Origin: Candidatus Eiseniibacteriota bacterium
Lineage (GTDB): Bacteria; Eisenbacteria; RBG-16-71-46
Direction of reading: 5' to 3'
Length of the DNA: 64,000 nucleotides
Assembly (NCBI GenBank): GCA_963776245.1
Contig: CAVZLN010000003.1
Location: 544,001-608,000 of the forward strand
Position 1 is the stretch's first letter; every line of letters begins with the position of its first letter. The position numbers were made by a program, and so were the translations under genes. The notes under the pieces were generated by a model that made no database searches, was not told where the DNA came from, and saw nothing but the letters and a program-made list of their open reading frames with translations. Of the stretch, positions 8,023 to 18,008 are shown in pieces.

Positions 8023-11000
8023 ATGTCCGAGGTCTACCTCAAGAACGAGCTGGCCGAGTCCCTCGCCGCACGCGCCGGGCGCATCCCCGAGGCGCGCGCG
8101 CTGCTCGACTTCGTGCGCGGCGACGGCGGGCGCCACGAGGGCGCGGAGTGGCCGGGGCGCGCCGCGGTGCGCGGACTCACGGGCTCCGCGCGCGCCTACC
8201 TGACGGCGTGGCTCCAACGCGAGACCGGGCGCACCGTCCTGCTGCTGACACCGCACGGCGAGCCCTTCGAGGAAGCGCGCGACGACCTGGAGTTCTTCCT
8301 CGGCGCGGGCCACGTGCTGGCGCTTCCCGAGCCCGATCACCGGCCGTACGACCCGATGTCGCCCCACCCGGGCATCACCGCTCAGCGGATCGACACCCTC
8401 GGCCGGCTCGCCGCCGGCGAGCGCGGCGTGGTGCTCGCGACAGTGCGCGGGCTGCTGCAGAAGGTGCCGGCGCCGGCGCGGCTCGCTCGCGCCGTGCTCG
8501 ATCTGAAGGTCGGCGCCGCGGCCGATCCGCACGCGCTGGTCGAGCGCCTGGTGTTCATGGGCTACGAGCGTTTTCCCGAGGTCGAGGCGATGGGCCACCT
8601 CGCGCGCCGCGGAGGGATCCTGGACGTGTGGCCGGTGGGGCAGAACGACCCGCTGCGCCTCGAGTTCGACGGCGACACCATCGCCTCGCTGCGCCGCTTC
8701 GACGCCGGCACCCAGCGCTCGATCGAGACCGCCAGCGAGACGCGCGTGCTGCCCCGTTACGAGATCGTGGTGGAGAAGGACGAGGCCGGAGCCATCGCCG
8801 AGCGCCTGCGCGCGGCGGGCGACGAGCGGGCCGCCGGGGCCGAGCGGGCCGCCGGCGAGTCCCCGGCGAAGAGCGGCGCGAACCTGTTCCACGAGGGCAT
8901 GGAGCGCTTCGCCGGCTACTACGACACCCGGCTGGGCGCGCTGTCCGACTACCTGCCGGACGACGCCCTCGTGCTGCTCGACGACCCGGGCAAGCTGCGC
9001 GAGCGGCGCGACGACCTGGTGGAGGTCATCGAGCGCCAGTTCCGGGAGGCGCGCGCCGAGTACCCGCTGATCTCGCCGCCCGCCGACCTCTACCTGCCGG
9101 GCGCGGCCCTGGACACCCTCGCCGCGACCCGTCCCGGCGCCGACTGGATGGGGCCCATCTCGGTCGCGGGCGACGCGGGCCGCTACGCGCACACCTGGAT
9201 CGTGGACTGCCGTCCGGCCGAGCCGATGCAGCGCTCGATGGAGCGGCTCAAGAGCCACCTCGCCGAACTGGGCGCGAAGGACACCGAGCCGGTGGTGCTG
9301 TGCGACAACCCGGGCCAGCGCGACCGCCTGCGAGAGCTGCTCGGCGACCGCGTCGCGACGCTCGGCGTGGGGCTGGTCTCGGCGGGCTTCACGCTCAAGG
9401 CCGCGGGATTCGCGCTGCTCACCGACCACGAGATCTTCGCGCGCTACCGCCGCCGGCGCCGGCGGCTCAAGCGCACCGGCGGCCTCTCGCTGGCCGAACT
9501 GTCGGCGCTCAAGGTGGGCGACTTCGTGGTGCACGAGGACCACGGCGTCGGCGCCTATCGCGGGATGCGGCGCCTGACGCTCAACGGCCAGGAGACCGAC
9601 TGCGTCGAGATCGCCTACGCCGAGCAGGACCGTCTCTACGTCCCGGTGTCGCAGCTGGCCCTGGTGTCGCGCTATGCCGCGGGCGAGGGCGCGCGCCCGG
9701 CGGTGCACCGGCTCGGTTCGGGCGCGTGGCAGAAGACCAAGGCGAAGGCGAAGAAGGCCATCGCCGACATGGCTGAGAACCTGATCCAGGCCTACGCCGC
9801 GCGCCGCGCGCTCCCCGGTCACGCGTTCAAGCCCGACACCGTGTGGCAGCGCGAACTCGAGGCCTCGTTCCCCTACGAGGAGACGGCCGATCAGTTCAAG
9901 GCCATCGCCGAGGTGAAGCAGGACCTCGAGGACACGCGTCCCATGGACCGGCTCATCTGCGGCGACGTGGGCTACGGCAAGACCGAGGTCGCCGTGCGCG
10001 CGGCGTTCAAGGTGGTGCAGGACGGCCGCCAGGTCGCGGTGCTGGTCCCCACCACCATCCTCGCGCAACAGCACGCGCTCACCTTCCGCGAGCGCTTCGC
10101 CGACTTCCCGGTGCGCGTCGCGGTGCTCTCGCGCTTCCGCACCCCGAAGCAGCTCCGCGAGACGCTCGCGGCGCTCGGGCGCGGCGAAGTGGACGTGATC
10201 ATCGGCACGCACCGGCTGCTCTCGAAGGACGTGCGGTTCGCGAACCTCGGGCTGGTGGTGATCGACGAGGAGCACCGCTTCGGCGTGGCGCAGAAGGAGC
10301 GCCTGCGCCAGATGACCCGGCTGGTGGACGCGCTGGCGCTGACCGCGACGCCCATCCCGCGCACCCTCAACCTGTCGCTGGCCGGCGCGCGCGACATGTC
10401 GGTGATCGAGACCCCGCCGCGCGACCGCCTGCCGGTCCAGACCGAGATCCTCGAGCACGACGACGAGGTCATCACCGAGGCCGTGCTGCGGGAGGTGGAC
10501 CGGGGCGGGCAGGTGTTCTTCGTGCACAACCGGGTCGAGACCATCCACCACGCCGCGCTCGCGCTCCAGAAGCTGGTGCCGATGGTGCGGATCGCGGTGG
10601 CGCACGGGCAGATGCACGAGCGCGAGCTCGAACGGGTGATGCTCGAGTTCCTCGACCGGCGCTTCGACGTGCTGGTGTCCACGATGATCATCGAGTCGGG
10701 GCTCGACATCCCGAGCGTGAACACGCTGATCGTGGACCGCGCCGACACGTTCGGCCTGGCGCAGCTCTACCAGCTCCGCGGGCGCGTCGGGCGCTCGTCC
10801 CACCGCGCCTACGCCTACCTGCTGGTGCCGTCGCGGCGCGTGCTCACCGAGGACGCCGAGAAGCGGCTGCGGGTCATCGAGGAGTTCGACGACCTGGGCG
10901 TCGGCTTCAAGGTGGCGCTCAAGGACATGGAGATCCGCGGTGCCGGGAACATGCTGGGCCCGGAACAGCACGGCTTCATCCTCGGGCTCGGATTCGACCT

Positions 11001-11514
11001 CTACGTGAAGCTGCTCGAGGAGGCGGTGACGGGTCTCAAGGGCGAGACCGCCGAGACGCGGCCCGAGCCCCGCCTGCTCACCGACTGGCCGGCGTACCTG
11101 CCGGAGGACTACGTCGCCGACGACCACGAGAAGCTCGACCTCTATCGCCGGCTGGCCGACACCCGCGCGCTGCCCGGGCTCGAGGACCTGGTGCGCGAGC
11201 TGCTCGACCGCTTCGGGCAGCTGCCGCCGCCCGCGGTCGCCCTGCTCGAGCTGCGCCGCCTCCGCGTGATGGGCGCCGGCGCCGGCGTGGAGAGCCTGCG
11301 GGTGTTCCACGAGGTCGCCGAGATGCTGCTGCGCCGCCCGCTGCGCCCGAACGAGATCCAGGCGCTGGTGGCGGGCGTGGACTTCCAGGTGGAGTTCTTC
11401 AGCGGCCGCGAGTTCGGACTGCGCGTGCGCGGACAGGGGCTGGCCCTGCTGCATCGCGCCCGGACGCTGTTGCAGGCGCTGGAGAGCTGCACTAACGTCT
11501 CCCCCGGACCCTGA
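8023..11514 (+). CDS. mfd: Transcription-repair coupling factor Mfd
   Basis: UvrB-like N-terminus, CarD/RID (VVHEDHGVG), GDVGYGKTEVA, DEEHRFGV, TATPIPRT, QLRGRVGRS, TRG (DMEIRGAGN), TRCF domain; GGAG RBS. Confidence 0.97.
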   Translation: MSEVYLKNELAESLAARAGRIPEARALLDFVRGDGGRHEGAEWPGRAAVRGLTGSARAYLTAWLQRETGRTVLLLTPHGEPFEEARDDLEFFLGAGHVLALPEPDHRPYDPMSPHPGITAQRIDTLGRLAAGERGVVLATVRGLLQKVPAPARLARAVLDLKVGAAADPHALVERLVFMGYERFPEVEAMGHLARRGGILDVWPVGQNDPLRLEFDGDTIASLRRFDAGTQRSIETASETRVLPRYEIVVEKDEAGAIAERLRAAGDERAAGAERAAGESPAKSGANLFHEGMERFAGYYDTRLGALSDYLPDDALVLLDDPGKLRERRDDLVEVIERQFREARAEYPLISPPADLYLPGAALDTLAATRPGADWMGPISVAGDAGRYAHTWIVDCRPAEPMQRSMERLKSHLAELGAKDTEPVVLCDNPGQRDRLRELLGDRVATLGVGLVSAGFTLKAAGFALLTDHEIFARYRRRRRRLKRTGGLSLAELSALKVGDFVVHEDHGVGAYRGMRRLTLNGQETDCVEIAYAEQDRLYVPVSQLALVSRYAAGEGARPAVHRLGSGAWQKTKAKAKKAIADMAENLIQAYAARRALPGHAFKPDTVWQRELEASFPYEETADQFKAIAEVKQDLEDTRPMDRLICGDVGYGKTEVAVRAAFKVVQDGRQVAVLVPTTILAQQHALTFRERFADFPVRVAVLSRFRTPKQLRETLAALGRGEVDVIIGTHRLLSKDVRFANLGLVVIDEEHRFGVAQKERLRQMTRLVDALALTATPIPRTLNLSLAGARDMSVIETPPRDRLPVQTEILEHDDEVITEAVLREVDRGGQVFFVHNRVETIHHAALALQKLVPMVRIAVAHGQMHERELERVMLEFLDRRFDVLVSTMIIESGLDIPSVNTLIVDRADTFGLAQLYQLRGRVGRSSHRAYAYLLVPSRRVLTEDAEKRLRVIEEFDDLGVGFKVALKDMEIRGAGNMLGPEQHGFILGLGFDLYVKLLEEAVTGLKGETAETRPEPRLLTDWPAYLPEDYVADDHEKLDLYRRLADTRALPGLEDLVRELLDRFGQLPPPAVALLELRRLRVMGAGAGVESLRVFHEVAEMLLRRPLRPNEIQALVAGVDFQVEFFSGREFGLRVRGQGLALLHRARTLLQALESCTNVSPGP

Positions 11515-11532
11515 ACCCGAAGGACCGCACCC

Positions 11533-13019
11533 ATGAATCGACCGAGTCGTCCGGGACGCCGCGCGCGCCCCTTCCGCGCGGCCGCCGCCGCGCTTCTCGC
11601 CCTCGCCGCCGCGCTCGCGGCCGGCTGTTCGAAGGTGCCCGAGCGCGACGTGCTCGCGCGCGTCGGCGACCGCGTGGTGACCGCGGACGACTTCCGCGCG
11701 GTCGCCAAGGACAACGTCGCGCAGTATCCGTTCGCACCCGACAGCGCCAAGCGCGCGCTGCTCGACGACATGGTGCGCCGCGAGCTGCTGGTGGTCGAGG
11801 GCCTGCGACTCGGCTACGACAAGGACAGCGCGCTCGTGAAGGGCCGCAAGGCGGCCGACGACGAGATCCTGTCGCGCGCCCTGTTCGAGAAGATCACGTC
11901 CGGCGAGGCGGCGGTCAGCGACAGCGAGGTGGCGCTGCTCCACCGCTGGCGCGCGACCCAGGCGCACGTGCAGCTGCTCTACACGCCGGCGCGCTCCGCC
12001 GCGGACAAGGCGTTCGCCGACATCCGGGGGGCCGGCCGTTCGGCGAGGTCTCGTCCGAGGTCAGCCTGCCCGGCATGCTGCCGCCCGGCGGAGACGTGGG
12101 CTGGGTGACCGCGGGCCAGCTGGTGGATCCCCTCGACGCGCTGGCGCGGGAGGCCCCGATCGGCGTGCCGCAGGGCCCGCTCGCCGCCCCCACCGACGGC
12201 TGGTTCCTCCTGCTGGTCACCGAGCGCAAGACCGTGCCGACCGGCAAGCTCGAGGACGAGAAGCCCTACCTCACCGAGATGCTGCGCCAGCGCAAGCAGC
12301 GCACCATCGTGATGAAGGCCTTCCAGCAGCTGCGCGAGCAGTACAAGATCCAGGTCGAGCCGCGCGGCGCGCAGGCGCTGTTCCAGATCGGCAATGCGCC
12401 CACCGCGGAGCCGCCGCAACTCGACGAGCACGAAGTCATCGCCACCTACGACGGCGGACCCGCCGCGAAGGGCGTGTACACGCTCGGCGACGCGATGCAC
12501 GATCTCGCCGACCCGCGCCGCGAGCGCCCGCCGTTCCAGTCCACGGCCGCGCTCCAGGCGTGGCTCGAGGGCCAGGTGATCCAGCGCGTCGGGGTGATCG
12601 AGGCCCGTCGCCGCCGCCTCGACCAGGACCCCGACCTGGTGCGTCGCATGCGCGGGCGGATGGAGAACGAGGTGGTCCAGCGGGTCTACGAGGAGCGGGT
12701 CGCGAAGGGGATCGATGTCAGCGACGCCGAGGTCCTGGCGCACTACGCGACGCGCGCGGCGATGTCGGCGCCGCCCGGCCCGGGCGCGGCGGCCCCCGCG
12801 CCACCCGACTTCGCCAAGCTGCCGGCGCCGTTGCAGCAGAACCTCCGGATGGAGGCGCTGGCGAGCAAGCGCGAGCTGCGGCTGCGCGCGGTGGCGGCGG
12901 AGATCCAGCGCACGCTGAAGCGCTTCGAGGTGCATCCCGAACGGCTGCAGCGCCTGGACTGGCCGCAGCCCGCGGCGCCGCCCGGCATGCCGGGCGGGAT
13001 GCCGGCGGGGCATCCCTGA
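11533..13019 (+). CDS. Lipoprotein parvulin-type PPIase/chaperone (PrsA/PpiD-like), split by an apparent 1-nt deletion near 12026-12031
   Basis: Lipobox LAAGC and SurA-N-like region in frame 1; adding one G to the G6 run gives ADIRGGRPFGEVSSEVS...GGDVGW...GWFLL in the 12075..13019 frame. Confidence 0.8.
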
Positions 13020-13044
13020 GTCCGTCCGCGCGCGGATGAAGCCG

Positions 13045-13083
13045 GAGGCCCGGACCCCTCAGGAGCGGTCCGGGCCTCTTCGT
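13045..13083 (+). terminator. Intrinsic terminator-like hairpin after the PPIase gene
   Basis: 12-bp stem GAGGCCCGGACC/GGTCCGGGCCTC followed by TTCGT. Confidence 0.7.
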
Positions 13084-13152
13084 ATGGGGGCGTGCGGCGC
13101 GGCGGGGCAACGTCCCTGAGCCCCGCGGGGGAACCGCGCCGCACCCGACGGA

Positions 13153-13929
13153 TCAGCGCAGCCGGCGTCGCACCTCGGCGGCGCGCCGCTCGCTGGCCTC
13201 CACGCGCGTCCCGTCCTTCAGACGGAGCACCAGCACGCCCTCCTCGCCGCCATACGACTCGATCGCGCTCACGTTCACCAGCGCGCCCCGGTGGACGCGC
13301 AGGAAGTGCCCCGGAGGCAGCCGCGTCTCCAGCTCCTGCAGGGTGTAGTCGACCAGGTACTCGTGGCCCTCGCAGCGCGCCAGCACCAGCCGGTCGCGCG
13401 AGAAGATGATCGGCACCTCGGTGAGGTCGAGCAGGCGCACCTCGCGGCGATGGCGCACCGGCAGGCGCTTGAGCTCGGCCCGCTGCTCGCTGAGCGGGGG
13501 GGTCTCGAGCGCCTGCTGCAGCGCGCGCCCGCGCTCCACGGAGCGACCGGCGCGGTGCTCGTCCACCACGCGCCGCACGGTCTCGGCGAGGCGCTCGCGG
13601 CGGAGCGGCTTGAGCACGTAGTCGAGCGCGGCGACCTCGAACGCCTCGATCGCGTAACGGTCGTAGGCGGTCACGAACACCACGATCGGCGCCTCGGCGC
13701 CGCGCAGATGCCGCGCCACCTCGAGGCCCGAGAGATCGGGCATGTGGATGTCGAGGAACACCACGTCCGGCCGGAGCCTGGCCGCCATCGTCAGCGCCTC
13801 GGCGCCGCCCTTGGCCGCGCCCACCACCTGCAGCTCCTCGTGCTCGCCGAGCAGCCGCTCGAGGAACTGCCGCGCGCGTGGTTCGTCGTCCGCCAGCAAT
13901 GCGCGCACCCGCGCCTTCCGCTCGCTCAC
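13153..13929 (-). CDS. LytTR-family response regulator
   Basis: ADDEP, FLDIHMPDLSG, FVTAYD, DYVLKP receiver; FLRVHRGALVN LytTR domain; GTG start overlapping the kinase stop, GGAGG RBS. Confidence 0.95.
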   Translation of the reverse strand: MSERKARVRALLADDEPRARQFLERLLGEHEELQVVGAAKGGAEALTMAARLRPDVVFLDIHMPDLSGLEVARHLRGAEAPIVVFVTAYDRYAIEAFEVAALDYVLKPLRRERLAETVRRVVDEHRAGRSVERGRALQQALETPPLSEQRAELKRLPVRHRREVRLLDLTEVPIIFSRDRLVLARCEGHEYLVDYTLQELETRLPPGHFLRVHRGALVNVSAIESYGGEEGVLVLRLKDGTRVEASERRAAEVRRRLR

Positions 13930-16094
13930 GCCGCCTCCTCCTTCTCGCGCGCCACCGGCCAGCGCAGGGTGACGCGGAAGCCCCCGCCGTCGCGGCGGCC
14001 CGCGCTCATGGTGGCGCCGGGACCGCCGAACCGCTTCACCCGCTGCTCGAGGTTCTGCAGTCCGACCCCCAGCCCGGGCAGACCGTTGCCCGCGCAATCG
14101 CCGTCGTCCTCGAAGCGCAGCGTCAGCCATCGCTCCTCGAGCGCCACTTCGAGCCGCAGGTGGAGCGCGGCCGCGCCCGGCCCGCAGCCGTGCTTGAGGC
14201 TGTTCTCGACCAGCGGCTGGAGGAGCAGCGGCGGCACCGCGGCGTTCAACAGCTCCGGCGGGCCCGCGTACTCGAACGACAGCGGGTTCTCGAAGCGCTC
14301 CCGTGCCACGCCGAGGAAGTCCTCGACGAACCCGATCTCCTCGGAGAGCAGCGCCGCCGGCCGCTCGCTCGCCTCGACCGTGTAACGCAGCATGTCGGCG
14401 AGCCGCTCGGTGAAGCGCTGCGCCGCGGGCGGATCGGTCTCGATCAGGTAGGAGAGCGCGTTGAGCGCGTTGAACAGGAAGTGCGGCCGCACCTGCGCGT
14501 GGAGCGCGCGCAGCTCGGCGCGCGCGGCGGCCTCGTGCAGTTCGGCGGCGGCCCGCTCCGCGGCGGCGCGCTGCGACTGCAACGCCAGGTTCTCGAGCCG
14601 CACCCCGGCCTGCGTCAGCAGGTTCTCGATCGCCTCCCGCGCGTCTCCCGGGACCTCTTCGTCCGTCGCCAGCCGGGGCGGCTCGCCCTCCGCCCACTCC
14701 AGCGCGACGCCGCGCATGAGGCCCCGGTTCAGGCCCTGTTCGACCGCGGAGCGCACCTCGCCGCGGTCGAGTGCCGAGAGCAGGGCGTGCCCGGCATGGT
14801 CGAGGGAGGCGCGCAGCACGCGCGGGTCGCGGCCATACACCCGGTCCAGCGCGAGCTGGACGCGCTCGCGGAGCGGCGCGAACGCGAACGCCACCACCAG
14901 CGCGGCGACCACGTTGAACACCATCGCCTGCTCGCCGGTGGCGGCCGCGAACAGGCGCTGTGCGATCAGCGCCGTGGCGAGGTAGAGCCCGGCGAGCACG
15001 CCCGAGAGCAGCGCGTACGGGATGCTGCGGACCAGCAGCCGGCGCGGGTCGAACAGCGGATCGTTGGCGATCAGGAAGGCCATGACGAGCGGGGAGAAGA
15101 ACCACGCCAGGTTGATGCCGGTGAGCAGCAGGCGGGTCGCCGGGATGCTCACCAGCATCTGCGCGCGGGGGTCCTGGAGGATCGCGTCCGCCAGCGCCGA
15201 GACGAACAGCGTCGCCGCCAGGGTCACCGCGAGCACGCGCTCGCCGTGGCCCGGGCGCCAGTCGTCGCCGGTCGGGAGCAGGTACCGCCCGGCGAGCGAG
15301 AGCACACCGAGCAGCATGGCCACGCCCTGGAACCAGGTGAACGAGTGCTCGAGCGCGCGCCCGCCCTCGGGGTGCTGGACGATGAGCGCGACCGGCACCA
15401 GGTACGCGACCACCACCAGCCAGAACCACGGGCTGACGAACCGCGTGGCGCGCGTCCAGCGGGGACGCGGGAACACGGTGAGGAAGTGCAGGAGCGCGGC
15501 GGGGAACCAGGTGGTAAGCCAGTCGTAGGCGATCAGGTAGACCTTCATCGCTCCGGTGGGCTCGAACTGGCGCGCGTGGAACAGGCCCCAGATGGCGGCC
15601 AGGCCCTGGAGCGCGGCGAACCACAGGAAGGTCCATGCCGCGCCGAGATCGGGACGGCGCCAGACCAGCAACAGCGCCACCAGCGGCGTGGCGATGACCG
15701 CGACCATGGGGAACGTGGTGAGACGGATGCGCTGCCAGCTGCCGAGGTGCACCGGCGGCACGCGCACGAAGCGGGCGACCCCGCCGCGCTCGATCTCGAG
15801 CGTGAAGGTGCCGCGTGGCCAGCCCTTGCCCTTGATCACCGCCTCGCGCATCTCCTTGATGCCGACGAAGCGCTGCCCCTCCCACCCGACGATGACGTCG
15901 CCCCGCTGGAGCAGGCCGAGCGCGGGGGGGCCGATGACGCGCGCCACCACGGGGTGCGTGCCGCGCGCCCAGTCGAGCTCGAGCCCGAGCCGCTGGTAGG
16001 GCGTGTGGGTGAGGAAGCGGGGCACGCCGAACCCGACGGCGGCGAGCACCACGAGCAGCGCGAGCGCGCGGCGGGCGCGGTAGGAGGGTCGCAC
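13926..16094 (-). CDS. LytS-type sensor histidine kinase with an extracytoplasmic PDZ-like domain and multiple TM helices (start approximate)
   Basis: LGLEL...VARVIGPPALGLLQRGDVIVGWEG (PDZ); many TM segments; AQVRPHFLFNALN, LLQPLVENSLKHG, DDG, GVGLQN. Confidence 0.9.
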   Translation of the reverse strand: MRPSYRARRALALLVVLAAVGFGVPRFLTHTPYQRLGLELDWARGTHPVVARVIGPPALGLLQRGDVIVGWEGQRFVGIKEMREAVIKGKGWPRGTFTLEIERGGVARFVRVPPVHLGSWQRIRLTTFPMVAVIATPLVALLLVWRRPDLGAAWTFLWFAALQGLAAIWGLFHARQFEPTGAMKVYLIAYDWLTTWFPAALLHFLTVFPRPRWTRATRFVSPWFWLVVVAYLVPVALIVQHPEGGRALEHSFTWFQGVAMLLGVLSLAGRYLLPTGDDWRPGHGERVLAVTLAATLFVSALADAILQDPRAQMLVSIPATRLLLTGINLAWFFSPLVMAFLIANDPLFDPRRLLVRSIPYALLSGVLAGLYLATALIAQRLFAAATGEQAMVFNVVAALVVAFAFAPLRERVQLALDRVYGRDPRVLRASLDHAGHALLSALDRGEVRSAVEQGLNRGLMRGVALEWAEGEPPRLATDEEVPGDAREAIENLLTQAGVRLENLALQSQRAAAERAAAELHEAAARAELRALHAQVRPHFLFNALNALSYLIETDPPAAQRFTERLADMLRYTVEASERPAALLSEEIGFVEDFLGVARERFENPLSFEYAGPPELLNAAVPPLLLQPLVENSLKHGCGPGAAALHLRLEVALEERWLTLRFEDDGDCAGNGLPGLGVGLQNLEQRVKRFGGPGATMSAGRRDGGGFRVTLRWPVAREKEEAA

Positions 16095-16249
16095 CTCGGG
16101 ACTGTCCCACACCCCCGGAACGCGCTCAACGAGCGGGGAGCGCGATGTCGAGGTCGGGAGGTCCACGGGAGGCTCGGTCGGCGAGGGGAGATCACGGGGT
16201 GTGCCCACCGAGTATCGCGCGGCGCCGCGCGGCGGTGCGGCACCGCCGC

Positions 16250-16280
16250 GACGAGCGCGGCAGATGCTCGACACCAGCGC
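16250..16280 (-). promoter_or_regulatory. Putative LytTR binding site: GCGCTGGTG-N13-GCGCTCGTC direct repeat
   Basis: 22-bp period, resembles the AlgR box CCGTTCGTC; ends 33 nt upstream of a -10-like GATACT (16211-16216, minus strand). Confidence 0.5.
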
Positions 16281-16511
16281 GGGGCGGGGCGCGCCCGCGT
16301 GGCGGCGACGGCCCGCAGCCCGCGCGCTCGCGGCCCGCGGCCCTGCACCGTCTCGGGAAATCGTCGGTCCCGAGTTTGCAGTAGGTCCTGCGCGAGACAG
16401 CGGCTATACTCCCCCGCTGCTTCGCTGGCCCGGGTGGCGTGGACCCCGGCCACGCCCGGATCCCCGCCGCGCCCGCCCGTGCGGTGCGCCGCTCTTCCAT
16501 GGAGGCACGAC

Positions 16512-17915
16512 TTGAAGGTTCTCAGAGGCGCGGTGCTGGTGATGCTCGCGCTGGCGACCGCCGCGGCGGCGCAGACGTCCGGCACGGCGTCGCGCGCGGT
16601 GAAGGACACCGCGGAGCCCTCCGCGTCCGGCAGGACCCTCGACCGCGTCGCGGCGGTGGTGAACGACGAGGTGGTGCTCGAGAGCGAGGTCTGGGAACAG
16701 CTCCAGAGCGTGATCGCCGGCGCGCAGACCCGCCCGGACTCGACCCAGCTCGACACCCTGCACCGGCAGGCGCTCGATCTGCTCATCAATCGGAAGCTGG
16801 TGTACGCCGAGGCGAAGAAGGCCGGCGTGACCGTGCCGGACGCCGAGCTCGACCGGTTGGTGGACCAGGAGATCGAGCGCAAGCGCCAGCAGATGGGCGG
16901 CGAACAGGGATTCAACGACGCGCTGAGGAACGAGAACCTCACGCTCGCCCGGGTCCGCGAGCAGTATCGCGACCAGATCCGCATCGACGAGAGCACCACG
17001 CGCTACGTCGACCGGCAGGTGCCGCGCGCCCGGGTGACCCAGACCGAGGCGGAGGCGTTCTTCACCGCGCACCCCGACCGCTTCCCGAAGAAGGCGCCCG
17101 AGTTCCGGCTGGCGCTCGTCCAGTTGCCGGTGATGGCGGACTCCGCCGCCGAGGCGGCCGGGCGCATCGCCGCGCTGGCGGCACGCAAGCGCATCGTGGG
17201 AGGAGAGAAGTTCGCCAAGGTGGCGGCCGAGGTCTCGGAGGATCCGGGCACCGCGCACGCGGGCGGCGATCTCGGCTTCTTCACCCGCGGCACCACCGTG
17301 CCGGAGTTCGAGAAGGTCGCGTTCTCGCAGCGGATCGGCGTCGTGAGCGAGCCGGTGCGCACCGGCTTCGGCTGGCACCTCATCGAGGTGCTCGAGCGCG
17401 ACACCCTCAAGACCCGGGCGCACCGCGACAGCCTCGACGCGCAGGGCAAGCCGCTCGAGGAGGCGCACGTGCGTCATCTGCTCATCCGCGTCGATCCCAC
17501 CCAGCAGGACGCCGATCGCGCGGAGGCGCTCGCGACGAGCCTCCGCGATCGCGCCGTGCGCGGCGAGGACTTCGGCGCGCTCGCCCGGAAGTACAGCCGC
17601 TTCAGCGGGCCGCAGAGCGAGGGCGGCGAGATCGGCTGGGTGTCGCTCGAGACCCTCTCCCCCAACATCCGTGCCGCGCTCGAGCCGCTGAAGCCGGGCG
17701 ATGTCAGCGAGCCGGTGGCGAGCCCGGCCCAGCCCGCCGGCGTGCTGTTCAACCTGTTCAAGGTCCTCGAGCAGCGGCCCGAGCGCGAATTCACGCTCGA
17801 GGAGGTGCGCGAGCAGATCGTCGACGTGGTGGGCCGCATGAAGTACAACGACAAGATCGACGAGTGGCTCAAGGGGCTGCGGGCCAAGGCGACGGTCGAG
17901 ATCAAGCGGCCCTGA
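16512..17915 (+). CDS. surA: SurA-like chaperone with two parvulin domains
   Basis: TTG start with GGAGG; DRVAAVVNDEVVL; SEDPGTAHAGGDLGFF, GWHLI; HLLI...GGEIGW; TATACT at 16405-16410. Confidence 0.88.
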   Translation: MKVLRGAVLVMLALATAAAAQTSGTASRAVKDTAEPSASGRTLDRVAAVVNDEVVLESEVWEQLQSVIAGAQTRPDSTQLDTLHRQALDLLINRKLVYAEAKKAGVTVPDAELDRLVDQEIERKRQQMGGEQGFNDALRNENLTLARVREQYRDQIRIDESTTRYVDRQVPRARVTQTEAEAFFTAHPDRFPKKAPEFRLALVQLPVMADSAAEAAGRIAALAARKRIVGGEKFAKVAAEVSEDPGTAHAGGDLGFFTRGTTVPEFEKVAFSQRIGVVSEPVRTGFGWHLIEVLERDTLKTRAHRDSLDAQGKPLEEAHVRHLLIRVDPTQQDADRAEALATSLRDRAVRGEDFGALARKYSRFSGPQSEGGEIGWVSLETLSPNIRAALEPLKPGDVSEPVASPAQPAGVLFNLFKVLEQRPEREFTLEEVREQIVDVVGRMKYNDKIDEWLKGLRAKATVEIKRP

Positions 17916-17935
17916 GGGGACGCGTCGCGCCGCCC

Positions 17936-17970
17936 ACGGGGCCGCTCCTCCGGGAGCGGCCCCGTTCGCA
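17936..17970 (+). terminator. Intrinsic terminator-like hairpin after surA
   Basis: 13-bp stem ACGGGGCCGCTCC/GGAGCGGCCCCGT, 4-nt loop. Confidence 0.7.
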
Positions 17971-18000
17971 TTGAGACGCGCGGCGGCAGTCTGATAGGTT
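17971..18000 (+). promoter_or_regulatory. sigma70-like promoter TTGAGA-N18-TAGGTT (extended TG) for ftsE
   Basis: -10 ends 8 nt before the ftsE ATG; no SD. Confidence 0.55.
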
Positions 18001-18008
18001 GCGGTCCG

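Noticed and set aside
7741..11967. Very long antisense or alternate-frame ORFs (e.g. 7741..11967 -, 3178..5853 -, 21195..23315 -, 24274..26472 -, 31096..32910 +)
   Set aside because: Shadow ORFs of well-supported genes; high GC suppresses stop codons, and the translations are low-complexity with no family motifs
12020..12080. Programmed -1 ribosomal frameshift in the PPIase gene
   Set aside because: No canonical X XXY YYZ slippery heptamer with A/U-rich codons; a second unrelated 1-nt deletion at about 30865 points to sequencing error
13153..16110. Giant fusion proteins suggested by the ORF track (985-aa LytTR, 1345-aa SurA, 1014-aa M16, 719-aa PstA)
   Set aside because: The N-terminal extensions overlap other real genes; internal starts with RBS or stop/start overlaps explain the true proteins
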